This document shows, in pieces, positions 20,072-31,183 of a stretch of 64,000 bases of DNA (its first letter is position 1; every line of letters begins with the position of its first letter). The notes below the pieces were generated by a model, which was not told where the DNA came from, made no database searches, and was given only the letters and a program-made list of their open reading frames with translations. Made by a program: the position numbers and the translations under genes. The stretch lies in assembly GCA_016717165.1 (NCBI GenBank), contig JADKGA010000001.1:188592-252591 (forward strand). The letters are read 5' to 3'. Source of the stretch: Candidatus Lutibacillus vidarii. GTDB taxonomy: Bacteria; Actinomycetota; Actinomycetes; Actinomycetales; Dermatophilaceae.

Positions 20072-21973
20072 ATGGCGGATGCAGGTCGGTGGGATGTCGG
20101 CCGGGTCGGTCGGTCGCTGCGCGGGCTCGCCCTCGGCGCGACCGAGGACGACCCCGGTGTCGCGGACGTCCTCGCCTCGCGCTCGCTCCAGACCGCACTG
20201 CAGCGGTATGCCGACGAGCACCATGTGCCCATCACCGACGTCGAGGCCGAGGCGAAACGCCACCTCCAGGACATGGTCGCCTCGCACGCCGACCGGGCCA
20301 CCGCCTCCTGGGCCCGCTTCGGGGCCTGGCTCATGCGGGCCCACGACGTCCTCGTCGACGAGGAGCAGATGGTCCGGCTCCGCGAGCTCGACCGGGGCCA
20401 CAGCCTCGCCCTGGTCTTCTCGCACCGTTCGTACCTCGACGGCTGGGTCCTCCCGCACGTCCTCGCGACCCGCCGGTTCTCCCCGACCTTCACCTTCGGC
20501 GGTGCGAACCTCGACCTGCCGGTCGTCGGCCCGCTCGCCAGCCACACCGGGGTCATCTTCATCAAGCGGGCCACGAAGGAGCTGCCGGTCTACCGGCTGT
20601 CGCTGCGGGGGTATGTCGCCCACCTCATCGCGCGTCGGGCCAATCTCGCCTGGTCGATCGAGGGTGGCCGGACCCGCACCGGCAAGCTGCGCCCGCCGGT
20701 CCACGGCATCCTGCGCTATCTCGCCGACGCCGTCGAGGCCGAGCCCGGACCGGACGTCTACGTCGTCCCGATCGCCATCGTCTACGACCAGCTCCACGAG
20801 GTCGCCGGCATGACCGCGGAGGCGCGGGGGAGCCGCAAGACTCCCGAGGACCTCACCTGGCTGGTCAAGTTCGCCCGCTCGCAGCGCAACCGGCTCGGCC
20901 GCGCCTATGTCTCGGTCGGTGAGGTGATCCCGCTGCGGGACCGGATGAGCCAGCTGCGGGCCGAGGGCTGCGACACCATGGCCGCCGTCGAGCGGGTCGC
21001 CATCGACGCCAGCCACCGGATCAACCGGGCCACCCCGGTCACCCCGACCGGCGTGGTCTGCCTCGCCCTTCTCGGCGCCGACCGGGCGCTGACCTTCGAC
21101 CGGGTCCTCGACACCGTCGAGCCGCTCGCGTCCTATATCGCCTCGCGGAACTGGCCGGTCGCGGGGGCGGCGACCCTGACCGACCGCTCGACGATCCGCC
21201 GCAGCCTTCAAGAGCTCGTGGCGTCGGGCGTGCTGTCGGCATACGAGGCAGGGACCGAACCGGTGTGGCGGATCGCCGGCGACCAGCACCTCGTCGCCGC
21301 CTTCTACCGCAACACGGTCATCCACATCCTCGTCGAGCGGGCCATCGCCGAGGTGGCGCTGCTCGCGGCGGCCGACGGCGAGGAGTCCGGGGCCGGTGAC
21401 GTCCAACGGACCGCGTGGGAGCGGTCCAAGGCGATCCGCGACCTGCTGAAGTTCGAGTTCTTCTTTCCCGGCCGCGACGAGTTCGAGAGCGAGCTGCGCG
21501 CCGAGCTGGCCCTCATGGACCGGCGGGCCGCGGAGCGGGTCGGGTCGATCACCCCGGACGAGGTCCGTGAGGTGCTCGAAGGGCTCGACCTCATCGTCGC
21601 CCACCTGGTGCTGCGGCCCTTCGTCGACGCCTACCTCGTCCTCGCCGACCGCCTCGACGCCCTCGGTGACGCCCCGGTGGTCGAGGAGGACCTGCTCGAC
21701 GAGGCGCTACGGGTGGGTCAGCAGTGGGTCCTCCAGCGGCGCATCGGCAGTGCCGAGTCAGTCTCCCTCGAGCTTTTCCGTACCGCCCTACGACTGGCCC
21801 GGCACCGTGGTCTCGACGGAGCACGCCTCTCCGAGGACGGCGGCGCAGCTCCCGACGGCTCCCTGCGGGCCCGGCGGGCCGCCTTCCGCGCCGAGCTGGA
21901 GGCGCTGGCCTCCGACCTCGCCCGCCTCGCCGAGTATGCCGACCAGGTGCGTGGACGCCGTGCAGCTCACTGA
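20072..21973 (+). CDS. glycerol-3-phosphate acyltransferase-like protein (PlsB2-type)
   Basis: 633 aa with the HX4D acyltransferase motif FSHRSYLDGW, then IEGGRTRTGK. It is followed by plsC-like and WS/DGAT genes. Confidence 0.8.
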   Translation: MADAGRWDVGRVGRSLRGLALGATEDDPGVADVLASRSLQTALQRYADEHHVPITDVEAEAKRHLQDMVASHADRATASWARFGAWLMRAHDVLVDEEQMVRLRELDRGHSLALVFSHRSYLDGWVLPHVLATRRFSPTFTFGGANLDLPVVGPLASHTGVIFIKRATKELPVYRLSLRGYVAHLIARRANLAWSIEGGRTRTGKLRPPVHGILRYLADAVEAEPGPDVYVVPIAIVYDQLHEVAGMTAEARGSRKTPEDLTWLVKFARSQRNRLGRAYVSVGEVIPLRDRMSQLRAEGCDTMAAVERVAIDASHRINRATPVTPTGVVCLALLGADRALTFDRVLDTVEPLASYIASRNWPVAGAATLTDRSTIRRSLQELVASGVLSAYEAGTEPVWRIAGDQHLVAAFYRNTVIHILVERAIAEVALLAAADGEESGAGDVQRTAWERSKAIRDLLKFEFFFPGRDEFESELRAELALMDRRAAERVGSITPDEVREVLEGLDLIVAHLVLRPFVDAYLVLADRLDALGDAPVVEEDLLDEALRVGQQWVLQRRIGSAESVSLELFRTALRLARHRGLDGARLSEDGGAAPDGSLRARRAAFRAELEALASDLARLAEYADQVRGRRAAH

Positions 21974-23378
21974 GCAGCTGGCCCGGATCGCGGACGGGCC
22001 CGCCGGACCGCAGGTCGGCGCCTTTTTCGACCTCGACGGCACCCTCGTCGCCGGGTACACCGCGAGCACCTTCTTCACCGACCGGCTCCGGCACCGCGAG
22101 GTCTCCCTGGGCACCGCCTCCCGGACCATCGCTCGGGCCCTCGACGGCGCGTACTTCGGTGGCGAACCGACGGCCGGGGCGGTCGGCGGGTACGGCGCTC
22201 TGCGCGGGCAGACCGAGGACCGGCTCGTCGACCTCGGTGAGCGGCTCTTCGCCCAGCAGATCGCCCGGACGATCCGGCCGCAGGCCCGAGCCCTGGTCCA
22301 CGCCCACAAGCAGGCCGGGCACACCGTCGTCGTCGCCTCGGCGGCCAGCCACTTCCAGATCGACCCGGTCGCCGCAGACCTCGGCATCGAGCATGTCGTG
22401 TGCACCGAGCTCGAGGCCGTCGACGGGGTCCTCACCGGCGAGATCCGCGGCAAGCTTCTCTGGGGACCGCAGAAGGCGGCCGGCGTGCGGGCCTTCGCGA
22501 AGTCGCACCACGTCGACCTGCGAGCCAGCTATGCCTACGGAAATGGCGACGAGGATGTCGCCTTCCTCGCCGCGGTCGGCAACCCGGTTGCCCTCAATGC
22601 CGCCACCGGGCTGCGCCAGGCGGCCGGGCGGTTCGGCTGGCCGGTGCTCGACCTGGAGAACCCGGCCGACAGCGGCCCAGTCGAGCTCGGCCGCACCCTG
22701 CTGGCCCTCGGCGGGCTCAACGCGGGCGCGGCGACCGGCATGGCGTGGGGGCTACTGCGCCGCGACCGGCAGGCGGGTCTGTCGCTCGGCGTCGCGATGG
22801 CGAAGGAGAGCCTCGGGCTCGCCGGAGTCTCGATCCGGGTCACCGGCGAGGAGCGGCTCCCCGACGGCCCCGCCGTGTATGTCGCCAACCACCAGAGCTC
22901 GCTCGACCCGGTCGTCGCGGCAGCCGTCATCCCGGGGGAGTTCACCATCATCGCGAAGAAGGAGGCCCGCTTCGACCCGCGCAGCGTCGCGGCGAGCCTG
23001 CTCGTCGACCCGGCCTATATCGACCGCAGCGACTCGGCCCAGGCCCGGGCCACCCTCGACGCGCTCGTCGAGCGGATCCACGGTGGCACGTCTCTGCTCA
23101 TCTTCCCCGAGGGCACCCGATCGGCGACCCCGACCCTCGGCAGGTTCCGGAAGGGCGGTTTCCACGTGGCCATCCAGGCCCAGGTCCCGGTCGTCCCGCT
23201 CGTCCTGCGCAACACCGGCGAGATCCTTCCCCGGCACGGTCGGGTGCTCCGCCCCGGGGTCGTCGACGTGGCGGTCCTCGACCCGGTCGAGAACCTCCGC
23301 GCCGAGGATCTCGACGGTGAGGTCGCCGCGCTGCGGGACCGGTTCACTGCCGCGCTCAACGACTGGCCGGGTGCCTGA
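21936..23378 (+). CDS. bifunctional HAD-IB phosphatase / 1-acyl-sn-glycerol-3-phosphate acyltransferase (PlsC-type)
   Basis: HAD motif I FFDLDGTLV. Acyltransferase motifs ANHQSSLDP and FPEGTRS. The start is ambiguous (ATG 21936, GTG 21951 or GTG 21960) and overlaps the end of the upstream gene. Confidence 0.8.
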   Translation: MPTRCVDAVQLTEQLARIADGPAGPQVGAFFDLDGTLVAGYTASTFFTDRLRHREVSLGTASRTIARALDGAYFGGEPTAGAVGGYGALRGQTEDRLVDLGERLFAQQIARTIRPQARALVHAHKQAGHTVVVASAASHFQIDPVAADLGIEHVVCTELEAVDGVLTGEIRGKLLWGPQKAAGVRAFAKSHHVDLRASYAYGNGDEDVAFLAAVGNPVALNAATGLRQAAGRFGWPVLDLENPADSGPVELGRTLLALGGLNAGAATGMAWGLLRRDRQAGLSLGVAMAKESLGLAGVSIRVTGEERLPDGPAVYVANHQSSLDPVVAAAVIPGEFTIIAKKEARFDPRSVAASLLVDPAYIDRSDSAQARATLDALVERIHGGTSLLIFPEGTRSATPTLGRFRKGGFHVAIQAQVPVVPLVLRNTGEILPRHGRVLRPGVVDVAVLDPVENLRAEDLDGEVAALRDRFTAALNDWPGA

Positions 23379-24799
23379 TGGCCGGCCCGGTGCTCGGAGC
23401 CGGCGCGGACCGGTGGGCCGCCGACGACTCGATGAACGAGCTGGAGACCGCGATGTGGCGCGCTGAGCGTCACCCGCAGCGGTCCTCGACGCTGTGCAGC
23501 CTGCTCATCCTCGACCAGGCCCCCGACTGGGACCGGCTCGTCGCCGCCCACGAGTGGGCGACGAGCCTGATCGGCCGGGCTCGGCAGCGCGTTGTGGAGC
23601 CCCTCCTCCCGGTCGGAACCCCGGTATGGCGTGCCGACCCTCACTTCAAGCTCGACTACCACCTGCGCCGGCTCCATCTCGGACCGCGCAAGTCCATGGC
23701 CGACCTGCTCACCCTCGCGCAGACCATCGCCCAGGTGCCCTTCGACCGGACCCGGCCGCTGTGGGAGGCGACCCTGATCGAGGGACTGGAGGGCGGCCGG
23801 GCGGCATACCTGCTCAAGCTGCACCACAGCCTCACCGACGGGCTGGGCGCGGTCCAGCTGCTCGCCCTCGTGCAGAGCCCGACCCGGGAGCACACCGCCG
23901 ACAAGCCGACCCGAGCCACGGCAGCGACCGAGGAGCCGGCCGACCCGGTCGAGGTGACCCTCGACGCGGCCCGACGCACCCTCGCCCACGGCACCGGGCT
24001 GCTCGGCGCGGCCGTCGACACCGCCCGGCACTGGCTGGCCAACCCCGGCGATGTCACGTCCGAGACCCTGCGCTTCGGGGCCTCGCTGCGTCGGGTGCTC
24101 TCGCCGCCGCCGGCTCCCCCATCGCCGCTGCTGCGGCCCCGGGATGGCCGCGCGTGGGTCTTCAGGACCCTGGAGTGCCAGCTGGCCGACCTGCGTCGGG
24201 CGGGACGGGCCGCTGGCGGGTCGGTCAACGACGCCTACCTGGCCGCTCTGCTGGGCGGGCTGCGGCGCTACCACGAGGTCCACGGGGTGCCGGTCGACGA
24301 GCTGCCCGTCACGGTGCCGGTCTCGCTTCGGCGGGCCGACGACCCGATGGGCGGCAACGCCTTCGCGGGGGCGATGTTCGCGGCGCCGGTCGGCATCGTC
24401 GACCCGGCGGACCGGATCGCGGCGATGCGGGGCATCGTCATGTCCTCGCTGACCGAGCCCGCCCTGGACGCCCTGTCCATCGTCACGCCGGTCGTCAACC
24501 GGCTCCCCTCGGCCGTGGGCGCGACGGTGGTCGAGTTCGCCGCCAACACCGACCTGTCCGCCTCGAATGTCCCCGGGCTGACCGAGGACGCCTACATGGC
24601 CGGGGCGCGGATCGAGCGGATCTTCCCGTTCGGACCCTTGCCCGGGGTGGCGGTCATGGCCGCGATGGTCACCCATGTCGGCACCTGCTGCATCGGGCTC
24701 AATATCGACGGGTCAGGGGTCAAGGACGTCCCGGTGCTCGCCGAGTGCTTCGAGGCCGGGCTGGCCGAGGTGCTCGCGCTGGGTCGGCCGCGCTCCTGA
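23378..24799 (+). CDS. wax ester synthase / diacylglycerol acyltransferase (WS/DGAT)
   Basis: The ATG overlaps the upstream stop (TGATG). Catalytic motif HHSLTDGLG, and the C-terminal NVPG motif (SASNVPGL). Confidence 0.85.
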   Translation: MAGPVLGAGADRWAADDSMNELETAMWRAERHPQRSSTLCSLLILDQAPDWDRLVAAHEWATSLIGRARQRVVEPLLPVGTPVWRADPHFKLDYHLRRLHLGPRKSMADLLTLAQTIAQVPFDRTRPLWEATLIEGLEGGRAAYLLKLHHSLTDGLGAVQLLALVQSPTREHTADKPTRATAATEEPADPVEVTLDAARRTLAHGTGLLGAAVDTARHWLANPGDVTSETLRFGASLRRVLSPPPAPPSPLLRPRDGRAWVFRTLECQLADLRRAGRAAGGSVNDAYLAALLGGLRRYHEVHGVPVDELPVTVPVSLRRADDPMGGNAFAGAMFAAPVGIVDPADRIAAMRGIVMSSLTEPALDALSIVTPVVNRLPSAVGATVVEFAANTDLSASNVPGLTEDAYMAGARIERIFPFGPLPGVAVMAAMVTHVGTCCIGLNIDGSGVKDVPVLAECFEAGLAEVLALGRPRS

Positions 24800-24863
24800 G
24801 TCCGGGCGTTCGCCGGGTTCGGTGCTGGTCGCCGGTGCGGGTCGCCGGTGCGGTCCGGCAGGG

Positions 24864-25787
24864 TCAGCGGCCGCTGGGCTCCTGGCCCGGGTCGAGGTCG
24901 CTCGTCGGCGGGAGCAACCGGGTGCGGATCGCGTCTTCGCGGGCCAGGCGCTGCTGGTCGCGGTTGCGACGTTCCGCCACCAATGCGGCCAGCACGGTCT
25001 CGGCATGGAACCCGGGTGGGGGGGCCGGGGCGACATACGGGAGCATCTCGCCGAGGAGGCGGGCACCGACGGTGAGCCGGGCGTGGGGGGTGAGCTCGGC
25101 GCGCCCGGCGAGGAAGGTCCGGACGCCGGCCTGCAGCCCCTCCGGGGCGGTGCCGAGGTCCGCGGCGGCGGCCCAGGCGGCGAGCTCGCGCGGCATGGCG
25201 ACCGGCGGCGGGATGCGGACTGCCACCCGTTCCCGGATGACATAGGTGCCGGCCGCGATATCACCGAGCCGCTTGCTCTTGAGGGTCACGAGCGCGGCGA
25301 TAAGGGCCGGGATGCCTTGGAAGAGGTAGATCTCGACGACCCCGACCAGGCCGCGGGCCATGGCGTGACGGAAGGTGATCGGACCGGCGTCGTCGCGGAC
25401 GGTGCGCAGGCCGACGAGCTTCTTGCCGAGGGTGCGCCCGCGGGTGAGCGTCTCGCTGGTGACCGGTATGCCGATGAGGACGAGGACGGCGACCAGCACG
25501 CTGACGGCACGCAGCAGCGCGACATCGGTTCCCGCACCGATCCGGCTCAGGCCCGCGGTCCAGACCGCCCAGAGGAGCAGGAGAGCGATGGCACCGACGA
25601 GCAGGTCGATCAGGCCCGAGCCGACCCGGGAGCCGATCGAGGCGGGGGGCAGCTCAAGGGCGACCGCTTCGCCGGTGACGAGGTCGTCGGTGTGGACCCA
25701 GGTGGCGTCGTTGGTGGGGCCGGTAGCCGCGCCCGCACCGCTGGCCGCACCAGTGGCTGCCCCCGGCTGCGTCCCCGTGTCCGCCAT
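24864..25787 (-). CDS. RDD-family membrane protein
   Basis: This is the 3' part of track ORF 24864..26462. ATG 25787 gives MADTGTQPGAATG. TM segments are followed by LVGLRTVRDDAGP (the RDD motif). It is divergent from the SpoIIM-like gene. Confidence 0.75.
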   Translation of the reverse strand: MADTGTQPGAATGAASGAGAATGPTNDATWVHTDDLVTGEAVALELPPASIGSRVGSGLIDLLVGAIALLLLWAVWTAGLSRIGAGTDVALLRAVSVLVAVLVLIGIPVTSETLTRGRTLGKKLVGLRTVRDDAGPITFRHAMARGLVGVVEIYLFQGIPALIAALVTLKSKRLGDIAAGTYVIRERVAVRIPPPVAMPRELAAWAAAADLGTAPEGLQAGVRTFLAGRAELTPHARLTVGARLLGEMLPYVAPAPPPGFHAETVLAALVAERRNRDQQRLAREDAIRTRLLPPTSDLDPGQEPSGR

Positions 25788-25817
25788 ACCGGCAGGGTAG
25801 TCGGTTAGGTTGAGCAG

Positions 25818-26822
25818 GTGGATGTCGACGCATATGTCGCCGCGCACCGCCACCAGTGGGAGCGGCTCGAGACGCTCAACGGGCGGCGGCGCCTCAGCGG
25901 TGCCGAGTCGGACGAGATCCTCGACCTGTACCAACGCGTGTCCACCCATCTGTCCCGGCTGCGCTCCAGCGCGCCGGACCCCTCCCTGGTCGCCCACCTG
26001 TCGGTGCTCCTGGCCCGGGCTCGCACCAGGACGGTCGGGAGCCGGACGTCGTCCTGGCGCGACGTCAGCGCCTTCTTCACCGCGACCTTCCCGGCGATGC
26101 TCTACCGGTCGAGGTGGTGGTGGCTCGGGACGATGGCGGTCAATCTCGGTGCGGCATACGTGATGACCTGGTGGTTCCTGCGCAACCCGGCCGTGGAGTC
26201 CACCCTGCTGACGCCGGAGGAGGTCGACCAGCTGGTCAACTCGGACTTCGCCGGGTACTACTCCGAGCACGCGGCGACCAGCTTCGCCGCCTCGGTGTGG
26301 ACGAACAACGCCCTGGTGGCGGCGCTGTGCATCGCCTTCGGGGTGCTCGGGTTTCCGGTGCTCTCGGTGTTGTACTCGAACATCCTCAACCTCGCGATCA
26401 TCGCGTCGATCATGATCCGGCACGGGCGGGCGGACGTCTTTTTCGGGCTGATCCTGCCGCACGGCATGCTCGAGCTGACGGCGGTCTTCGTCGCCGCGGG
26501 GGTGGGGCTGCGGGTCTTCTGGGCGTGGATCGAGCCCGGCAACCGATCTCGACCGCAGGCGGTTGCGGTGGCCTTCCGGTCCTCGGTGGTCGTGGCGCTC
26601 GGGCTGGTGGTCGTGCTGCTCGTGAGCGGGGCGATCGAGGCATTCGTCACGCCCTCGCCGCTGCCGACCTGGGCCCGGGTCGGCGTCGGGGCGCTCGCCG
26701 AGGTGGTCTTCTTCGCGTACGTCTTCGTCGTGGGTCGGCGCGCTGCGCTCGCGGGGGTGACCGGCGATCTCAGCGAGGCCGAGCGTGGCGACGACCTCCC
26801 GACAACGTCAACCCCCGCCTGA
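25818..26822 (+). CDS. stage II sporulation protein M-like (DUF95) membrane protein
   Basis: MDVDAYVAAHRHQWERLETL is followed by six hydrophobic segments and LPHGMLELTAVFVAAG, typical of actinobacterial SpoIIM-like proteins. Confidence 0.8.
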   Translation: MDVDAYVAAHRHQWERLETLNGRRRLSGAESDEILDLYQRVSTHLSRLRSSAPDPSLVAHLSVLLARARTRTVGSRTSSWRDVSAFFTATFPAMLYRSRWWWLGTMAVNLGAAYVMTWWFLRNPAVESTLLTPEEVDQLVNSDFAGYYSEHAATSFAASVWTNNALVAALCIAFGVLGFPVLSVLYSNILNLAIIASIMIRHGRADVFFGLILPHGMLELTAVFVAAGVGLRVFWAWIEPGNRSRPQAVAVAFRSSVVVALGLVVVLLVSGAIEAFVTPSPLPTWARVGVGALAEVVFFAYVFVVGRRAALAGVTGDLSEAERGDDLPTTSTPA

Positions 26823-26825
26823 CCC

Positions 26826-26908
26826 CCCTGTGGATAACCCGCAAAGACACACCTTTAGAAGCGTTCTAAAGGTGTGTCTTTGCGGGGCGGGGGAGGTTAT
26901 CCACAGGG
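26826..26908. repeat. palindromic intergenic element, copy 1
   Basis: The outer inverted repeat is ccctgtggataacc (26826-26839) / ggttatccacaggg (26895-26908). The core is a perfect 20-bp hairpin: gcaaagacacacctttagaa gcg ttctaaaggtgtgtctttgc (26841-26883). It lies between convergent genes. Confidence 0.9.
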
Positions 26909-26924
26909 TTGGGGTGCTGTGGGG

Positions 26925-28217
26925 CTAGAGGAGGCCGCGGCTCTTGAGCATGAGGTAGTGGTCCGCGAGCGCCGGCGGGAGCTGCTCGGGGGGCGCGTCG
27001 ACCACCGTCACCCCGAGGCGGCCCAGGGCCTCGACAACTCTGTCCTTGCTTGCCTGGGAACGCTCGGCCGCCGCCGCGTCGTAGACCTCCCGGGTGCTCG
27101 ACCGCGTCGCCGCCATCGCCGCGACGGTCGGATCCGCCACGGAGGCGATGACCACCCGGTGGTGCCGGGTCAGGGCCGCCAGCGTGGGCAGCAGGGTCTC
27201 CTCGACCACCACCGGCTCGACCGTCGTCAGCAGGACGACCAGCGCCCGCCGCCTGGTCACCTGGGCGACTCCGGCGGCCAGCCGGGTCCAGTCCGCCTCG
27301 ACGAGGGTGGGCTCAAGCGGGGCCATCGCCGTGACCAGTTCGGCGAGCAGCCGGGTCCGGTCCACGCCGCTCACCCGGGCCCGGACCCGCCGGTCGCCGG
27401 CGACGAGGTCGACCCGGTCGCCGGCCCGGGACGCGAGAGCCGCGAGCAGCAGCGCCGCATCCATCGACGCGTCGAGCCTGGGCATGTCGAGAACGCGCCC
27501 CGCCGAGAGCCGCGAGGTGTCGAGGACCAGCACCACCCGGCGGTCCCGTTCTGGCTGCCAGGTGCGCACCACCGGCGCGCGCCGCCGAGCCGTCGCCCGC
27601 CAGTCGATCGACCGGACGTCGTCGCCGTCGACATAGTCGCGCAGCGAGTCGAACTCGGTCCCGGCGCCCCGGATCCGGACCGCGCTGCGCCCGTCGATCT
27701 GGCGCAGCACCGCCAGCCGCGACGGCAGGTGCTTGCGCGAGTGGAAGGGCGGCAGCGCCCGCACCACCCCCGGCACCGGGACCGACCGCTGCCGCGCCGC
27801 GACCCCCAGCGGCCCGAACGCGCGCAGCGTGACATGGTCGGCCGGCCGGTCACCGCGCCGCACCGGTCGTAGCCCCGTCGTCAGTGCCCGCCGCTCACCC
27901 ACCGGCACATCGACGGTATGCCGCTCCCCGCTCGACCCCGCCGAGGGCAGCCAGGCGTCGCGGACCACCCCGCGCAGGTGCCGCCTCGAGCCGTTGGTGA
28001 CGTACAGGGTCGTCGACGCCGCCTCCCCCAGCCGCACCTGGCTGCCCGGCCCCCGCGCGAAGGACACCCCCCGTGGGTCGGCGCTCAGCAGCATGTCGAC
28101 GCCCGCGACGACGACGCAGAGCCCCACCCACGCCCAGGCGGTCGCAGCCGAGGGCGCCGCGAGCACGGCGAACACCCCGGCCAGGACCAGCACGGGGAAG
28201 CGACGGCTGAGCGCCAT
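26925..28217 (-). CDS. DUF58 (VWA-like) protein
   Basis: 430 aa with two N-terminal TM segments. FDSLRDYVDGDDVRSIDWRATAR is the DUF58 hallmark. It lies immediately downstream of MoxR. Confidence 0.85.
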   Translation of the reverse strand: MALSRRFPVLVLAGVFAVLAAPSAATAWAWVGLCVVVAGVDMLLSADPRGVSFARGPGSQVRLGEAASTTLYVTNGSRRHLRGVVRDAWLPSAGSSGERHTVDVPVGERRALTTGLRPVRRGDRPADHVTLRAFGPLGVAARQRSVPVPGVVRALPPFHSRKHLPSRLAVLRQIDGRSAVRIRGAGTEFDSLRDYVDGDDVRSIDWRATARRRAPVVRTWQPERDRRVVLVLDTSRLSAGRVLDMPRLDASMDAALLLAALASRAGDRVDLVAGDRRVRARVSGVDRTRLLAELVTAMAPLEPTLVEADWTRLAAGVAQVTRRRALVVLLTTVEPVVVEETLLPTLAALTRHHRVVIASVADPTVAAMAATRSSTREVYDAAAAERSQASKDRVVEALGRLGVTVVDAPPEQLPPALADHYLMLKSRGLL

Positions 28218-28223
28218 ACCGAC

Positions 28224-29266
<1,043 letters not shown>

Positions 29267-29270
<4 letters not shown>

Positions 29271-30532
29271 GACGGGCCTTCCGTTCGGGGCGGGGAGGAG
29301 AGGAGGTCCTCGAGGGCGGTCAGGTCTCGGGCCAGTGCGCCGAGGGCGGCCTCGTCGGCCGGGAGCGGGCCGGTGAGCACAGCAGCCACGGCGTCCTGCG
29401 AGCGCCCGGTCACCGCGGCCAGCCGCTCGGCGACGACATCCGCAGGCGCGTGAGAGGGCAGGCCGAGCCGGCGACGGAGCCGGGCCAACGTGGCAGAGCG
29501 CAGGATCGCGCCGGCCCGCCGGGTGTCCCGGGACCGGCGGTACAGCGCTCCGCGGGCTCGGGTGGTCTCGATCGCGCGGACCACGACCGGGAGGGGCTCG
29601 CGGACCAGCCGGCCCAGACGGCGCCCACGCACCAGTGCGAGCCCGGCCAGAGCGGCGGCGGCGAGCCACAGGCTGGGGGTGAACCAGCGCGGCAGCGCGG
29701 CCCGGATCACCCGCGCCCCCGATCCCTGGAGGTCGTCGAGCGTCGGGACATACCAGACCACTCGACTCGTGTGCCCCATCGCCCGCAGCGCCAGTGCGCC
29801 GGTGTCCCCGTCGAGGATCCGCTCGTTCGTCCAGGCCGGCGGGTCGGCGAAGACGGCCAGCGTCGGCTCCCCGCTGCGTTCGGTCACGACATAGGCCGCC
29901 ACCCCGTCGCTAACAAAGCAGGGAAGGACTGTCGGCGAGGCCGAGACGAGGAAGCCCCGGTCCATCACCCCGAGGCGCTCGCCCGCCCGGACGTCGGTGG
30001 TCCCGCAGTCCACTGCGACCGGGTCAGCCGAGGCGGGGTAGCCGACGACCGGCCAGTCGAGCCCGAACAGGTCGAGCGCCACGGGGTCGTCGGTCGTGAC
30101 GACGACCCGGGCTGCCGAGGAGATCGCGTCGTCAATGTCAGGCATGAGGAGTGGGTCGAGGAACCGGGTCGCCGTGACGACGACCGTGGTGTCCGCGTCG
30201 ACCCCGGCATCGGCGAGGGCGTCGACTCCCCTCGCGATGTCGACGCTCACGCCGTGGTCGGCGAGCACCCGAGCCAGCGCCCGGGACCCGGTGGGTCCGG
30301 CACTGTCCGGGTCGAGGGCGTCGGTCGTCGTGGACGTGAGCAGCGCGGCGACGAGCACGAAGCCGAGAGCGGCCAGGGCGAGGGTCCCGACGAGGACGGC
30401 CACGAGCCGGCGCCGGCGTCGGCGCCGCCCGGGCCCGCCCGCCGGTGCCTCCTGGCCGGCGTCGGTGGCCGGCTCCGCGGGGCCGTCGCCAGGGGTGCGG
30501 ACCACCTCGGTCGTCTCCGGTATGACGCTCAC
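29267..30532 (-). CDS. DUF4350-domain protein
   Basis: 421 aa with an N-terminal TM segment and a later TM segment. The position between DUF4129 and MoxR is the usual one. The family call is from memory of this gene order plus general sequence character. Confidence 0.65.
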
Positions 30533-31182
30533 GACGCCACCCCGACAAGGTCGGGCAGCGACCGAGGTCGAGCTGAACGCAGGGCGGCGTCGAGGTCCCG
30601 GACCTCCTCGGCCTCGGCGCGCCCGACCTGGAGCTTGCCGTAGAGGACCACGTCGAAGACGTCACCCGATCGGGCCAGCGCGGCGGCGTGGTCCGGGAAG
30701 AGCGGCGCCAGGCGCAGGGCCACCTCATGGGCGGTGAGGCCAGCCGAGGGGCCGAGCAGGGTTCGGTCGGCGGCCTCGCGGGCCAGGGCGCGGAACCACG
30801 CGACCACTGCGTCCCCGTAGCGTGCTTCGGCATACGCCTCGTCGGCGATGGTGCGCCACTGCGCGGGCGTGACCTCACCCTGGGGAAGCACCCCAGGGCG
30901 GGTTCGCCCGACCCGCACGCGGTCACCACGGACCCGCAGCAGCATGGCGAGGACCGCCACGACGAGAGCCACGGCGAGGACGGCCCCGAGGATCGACATC
31001 GACCCCCCGGAACCCCCTCCCACCGTCCCGAAGAGCGAGCCCAACCGGTCCGCGAGCCAACCCAGTACTGCCTGGAGTGGGTTGGGACCCTGGTGGTACT
31101 CCGGCCGGGCGAGCTCGTCGGTGAGCCACTGGTGCGCCGTCGCCCCGTCCGGGTCGAGGTCGCGCAGGAGCAGTGGGAGCAC
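30529..31182 (-). CDS. DUF4129-domain protein
   Basis: 217 aa. A TM segment is followed by a C-terminal region TAHEVALRLAPLFPDHAAALARSGDVFDVVLYG, typical of DUF4129. There is a 4-nt overlap with the downstream gene. Confidence 0.7.
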   Translation of the reverse strand: MLPLLLRDLDPDGATAHQWLTDELARPEYHQGPNPLQAVLGWLADRLGSLFGTVGGGSGGSMSILGAVLAVALVVAVLAMLLRVRGDRVRVGRTRPGVLPQGEVTPAQWRTIADEAYAEARYGDAVVAWFRALAREAADRTLLGPSAGLTAHEVALRLAPLFPDHAAALARSGDVFDVVLYGKLQVGRAEAEEVRDLDAALRSARPRSLPDLVGVAS

Positions 31183-31183
31183 G

